A DNA stretch of 64,000 bases from Tubiluchus corallicola (Eukaryota; Animalia; Priapulida), in contig JAQGDQ010000191.1 in assembly GCA_030141605.1 (NCBI GenBank), positions 248,001 to 312,000 of the forward strand. The letters run 5' to 3'. Below the pieces are notes generated by a model. It had not been told where the DNA came from. It searched no databases and saw only the letters and a program-made list of their open reading frames with translations. This document shows positions 62,780 through 64,000 of this stretch, piece by piece; the stretch's first letter is position 1; every line of letters begins with the position of its first letter. Position numbers and translations under genes: made by a program.

Positions 62780-64000
62780 GTAAACCAGTTGAGTTTATCT
62801 CATCTTCATTACAACAAGACTCTGATCACAAGAATTACAAAATACTTTCATTAGGCTAACTGCTACACTTCATGCTTATTGAATTATAATAATCAAGATC
62901 AAGTTCTGACTGTTTTGTTGTAAAGCTTTGTAGAACTTTGACTGTGCTTCAACTGCATCTAAAAAGGTAAAGCAATTGCTGACATATCTATTTATAATAG
63001 TTACTTGAGACAGTTTCTTTAACATGCATACATTAACATTAACTTCTGTAAAGCATATATTAGCTGATAATAAAGAAGTTTCAATAGGAATTTAGGGAAA
63101 GACACTCCAAATTTGAGAAATGTGTGTTGTATTTCTTAGTTATTCACTCTTTCTGCTGCTCGTTTCTTCATTGTATTTGCGATATTTAATGAACATCTTT
63201 CAGGTTATTCATTTGTCTCAAGTTAAGTATAATCAACGACATTTTCTTTTACATTTTAAAGACCTATGATATATACATCTGATTTAAAGACATATGATAA
63301 CGTAGCAGATAAAATAACAATTGAAAACAAATACTATGATTATATTGCCATGATGTTTCCGTGAAGGTAAACTAAATTGAATCAGCACAACAAGAACAAA
63401 TACACTTAAAAAAACAAAACAAAGTGAGAACAGGTGCTCATTATGTTGCACAGCAGACACATATGCCTAGTGTAATAAGGCTAGCAAGTTTCATTGCCAA
63501 CCGTAGATTTTGTACATTCTAATATTTGCTGCGGGGAGGAATTCCAATTATTTACAGTTCGGTACTAGTTTTTATATTAGAATCTTATTTACAGTGACCA
63601 CAACTAGTAAATGGTTTCCAAACACAGACAGAAAAATGTTAGTCTCACGTATGTTAGGCTGTCTTAGATTAACTAACTTGGGCATTTGATCTGGTAAAGT
63701 GTAATTGAAAACCTGCCCACTTATTGCAAGCTTCCAATCATCCGTTCCTTGGCAGATCTCTACACTTGTTATATTCCCACTATTACTCAGCAACCATTTG
63801 CACGCACATAGACCAACCATTATCCCTGTCAGTGATTTAATACCAGCGCATAATACTTAGTCGAGCCGAGAGTCAATTCGGATGTAGAGACATGATTACG
63901 TGCCATCCTCTATACGGCTGTACACCACACGATCAATAGTACCGTCAAAGGCTATCAGTCGGTAATAGAAATGACTGTTTGCAGAAGAAAAATTCGTCAA

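Overview
AT-rich, intron-containing animal genomic DNA, most likely from a protostome invertebrate (inferred from a divergent ionotropic-receptor remnant). The left 24 kb is one minus-strand FAM227-family (FWWh domain) gene; I chained 16 exons in consistent phase (about 692-700 aa). Its introns host a U4 snRNA gene, an antisense two-exon secreted LRR gene, an antisense ionotropic-receptor pseudogene, a double RNA hairpin covering a 5' splice site, and several repeats. FAM227 is head-to-head with cyclin J. Next come a decayed CR1 LINE, an intronless THOC5 CDS and a second decayed LINE. The last ~22 kb looks like the multi-exon 5' leader of an unidentified plus-strand gene, with a candidate coding exon at 62.7 kb, possible uORF control and a ~540-bp palindrome. 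I found no CRISPR array, rRNA or intact tRNA. All family calls are by recognition from memory, not database searches.
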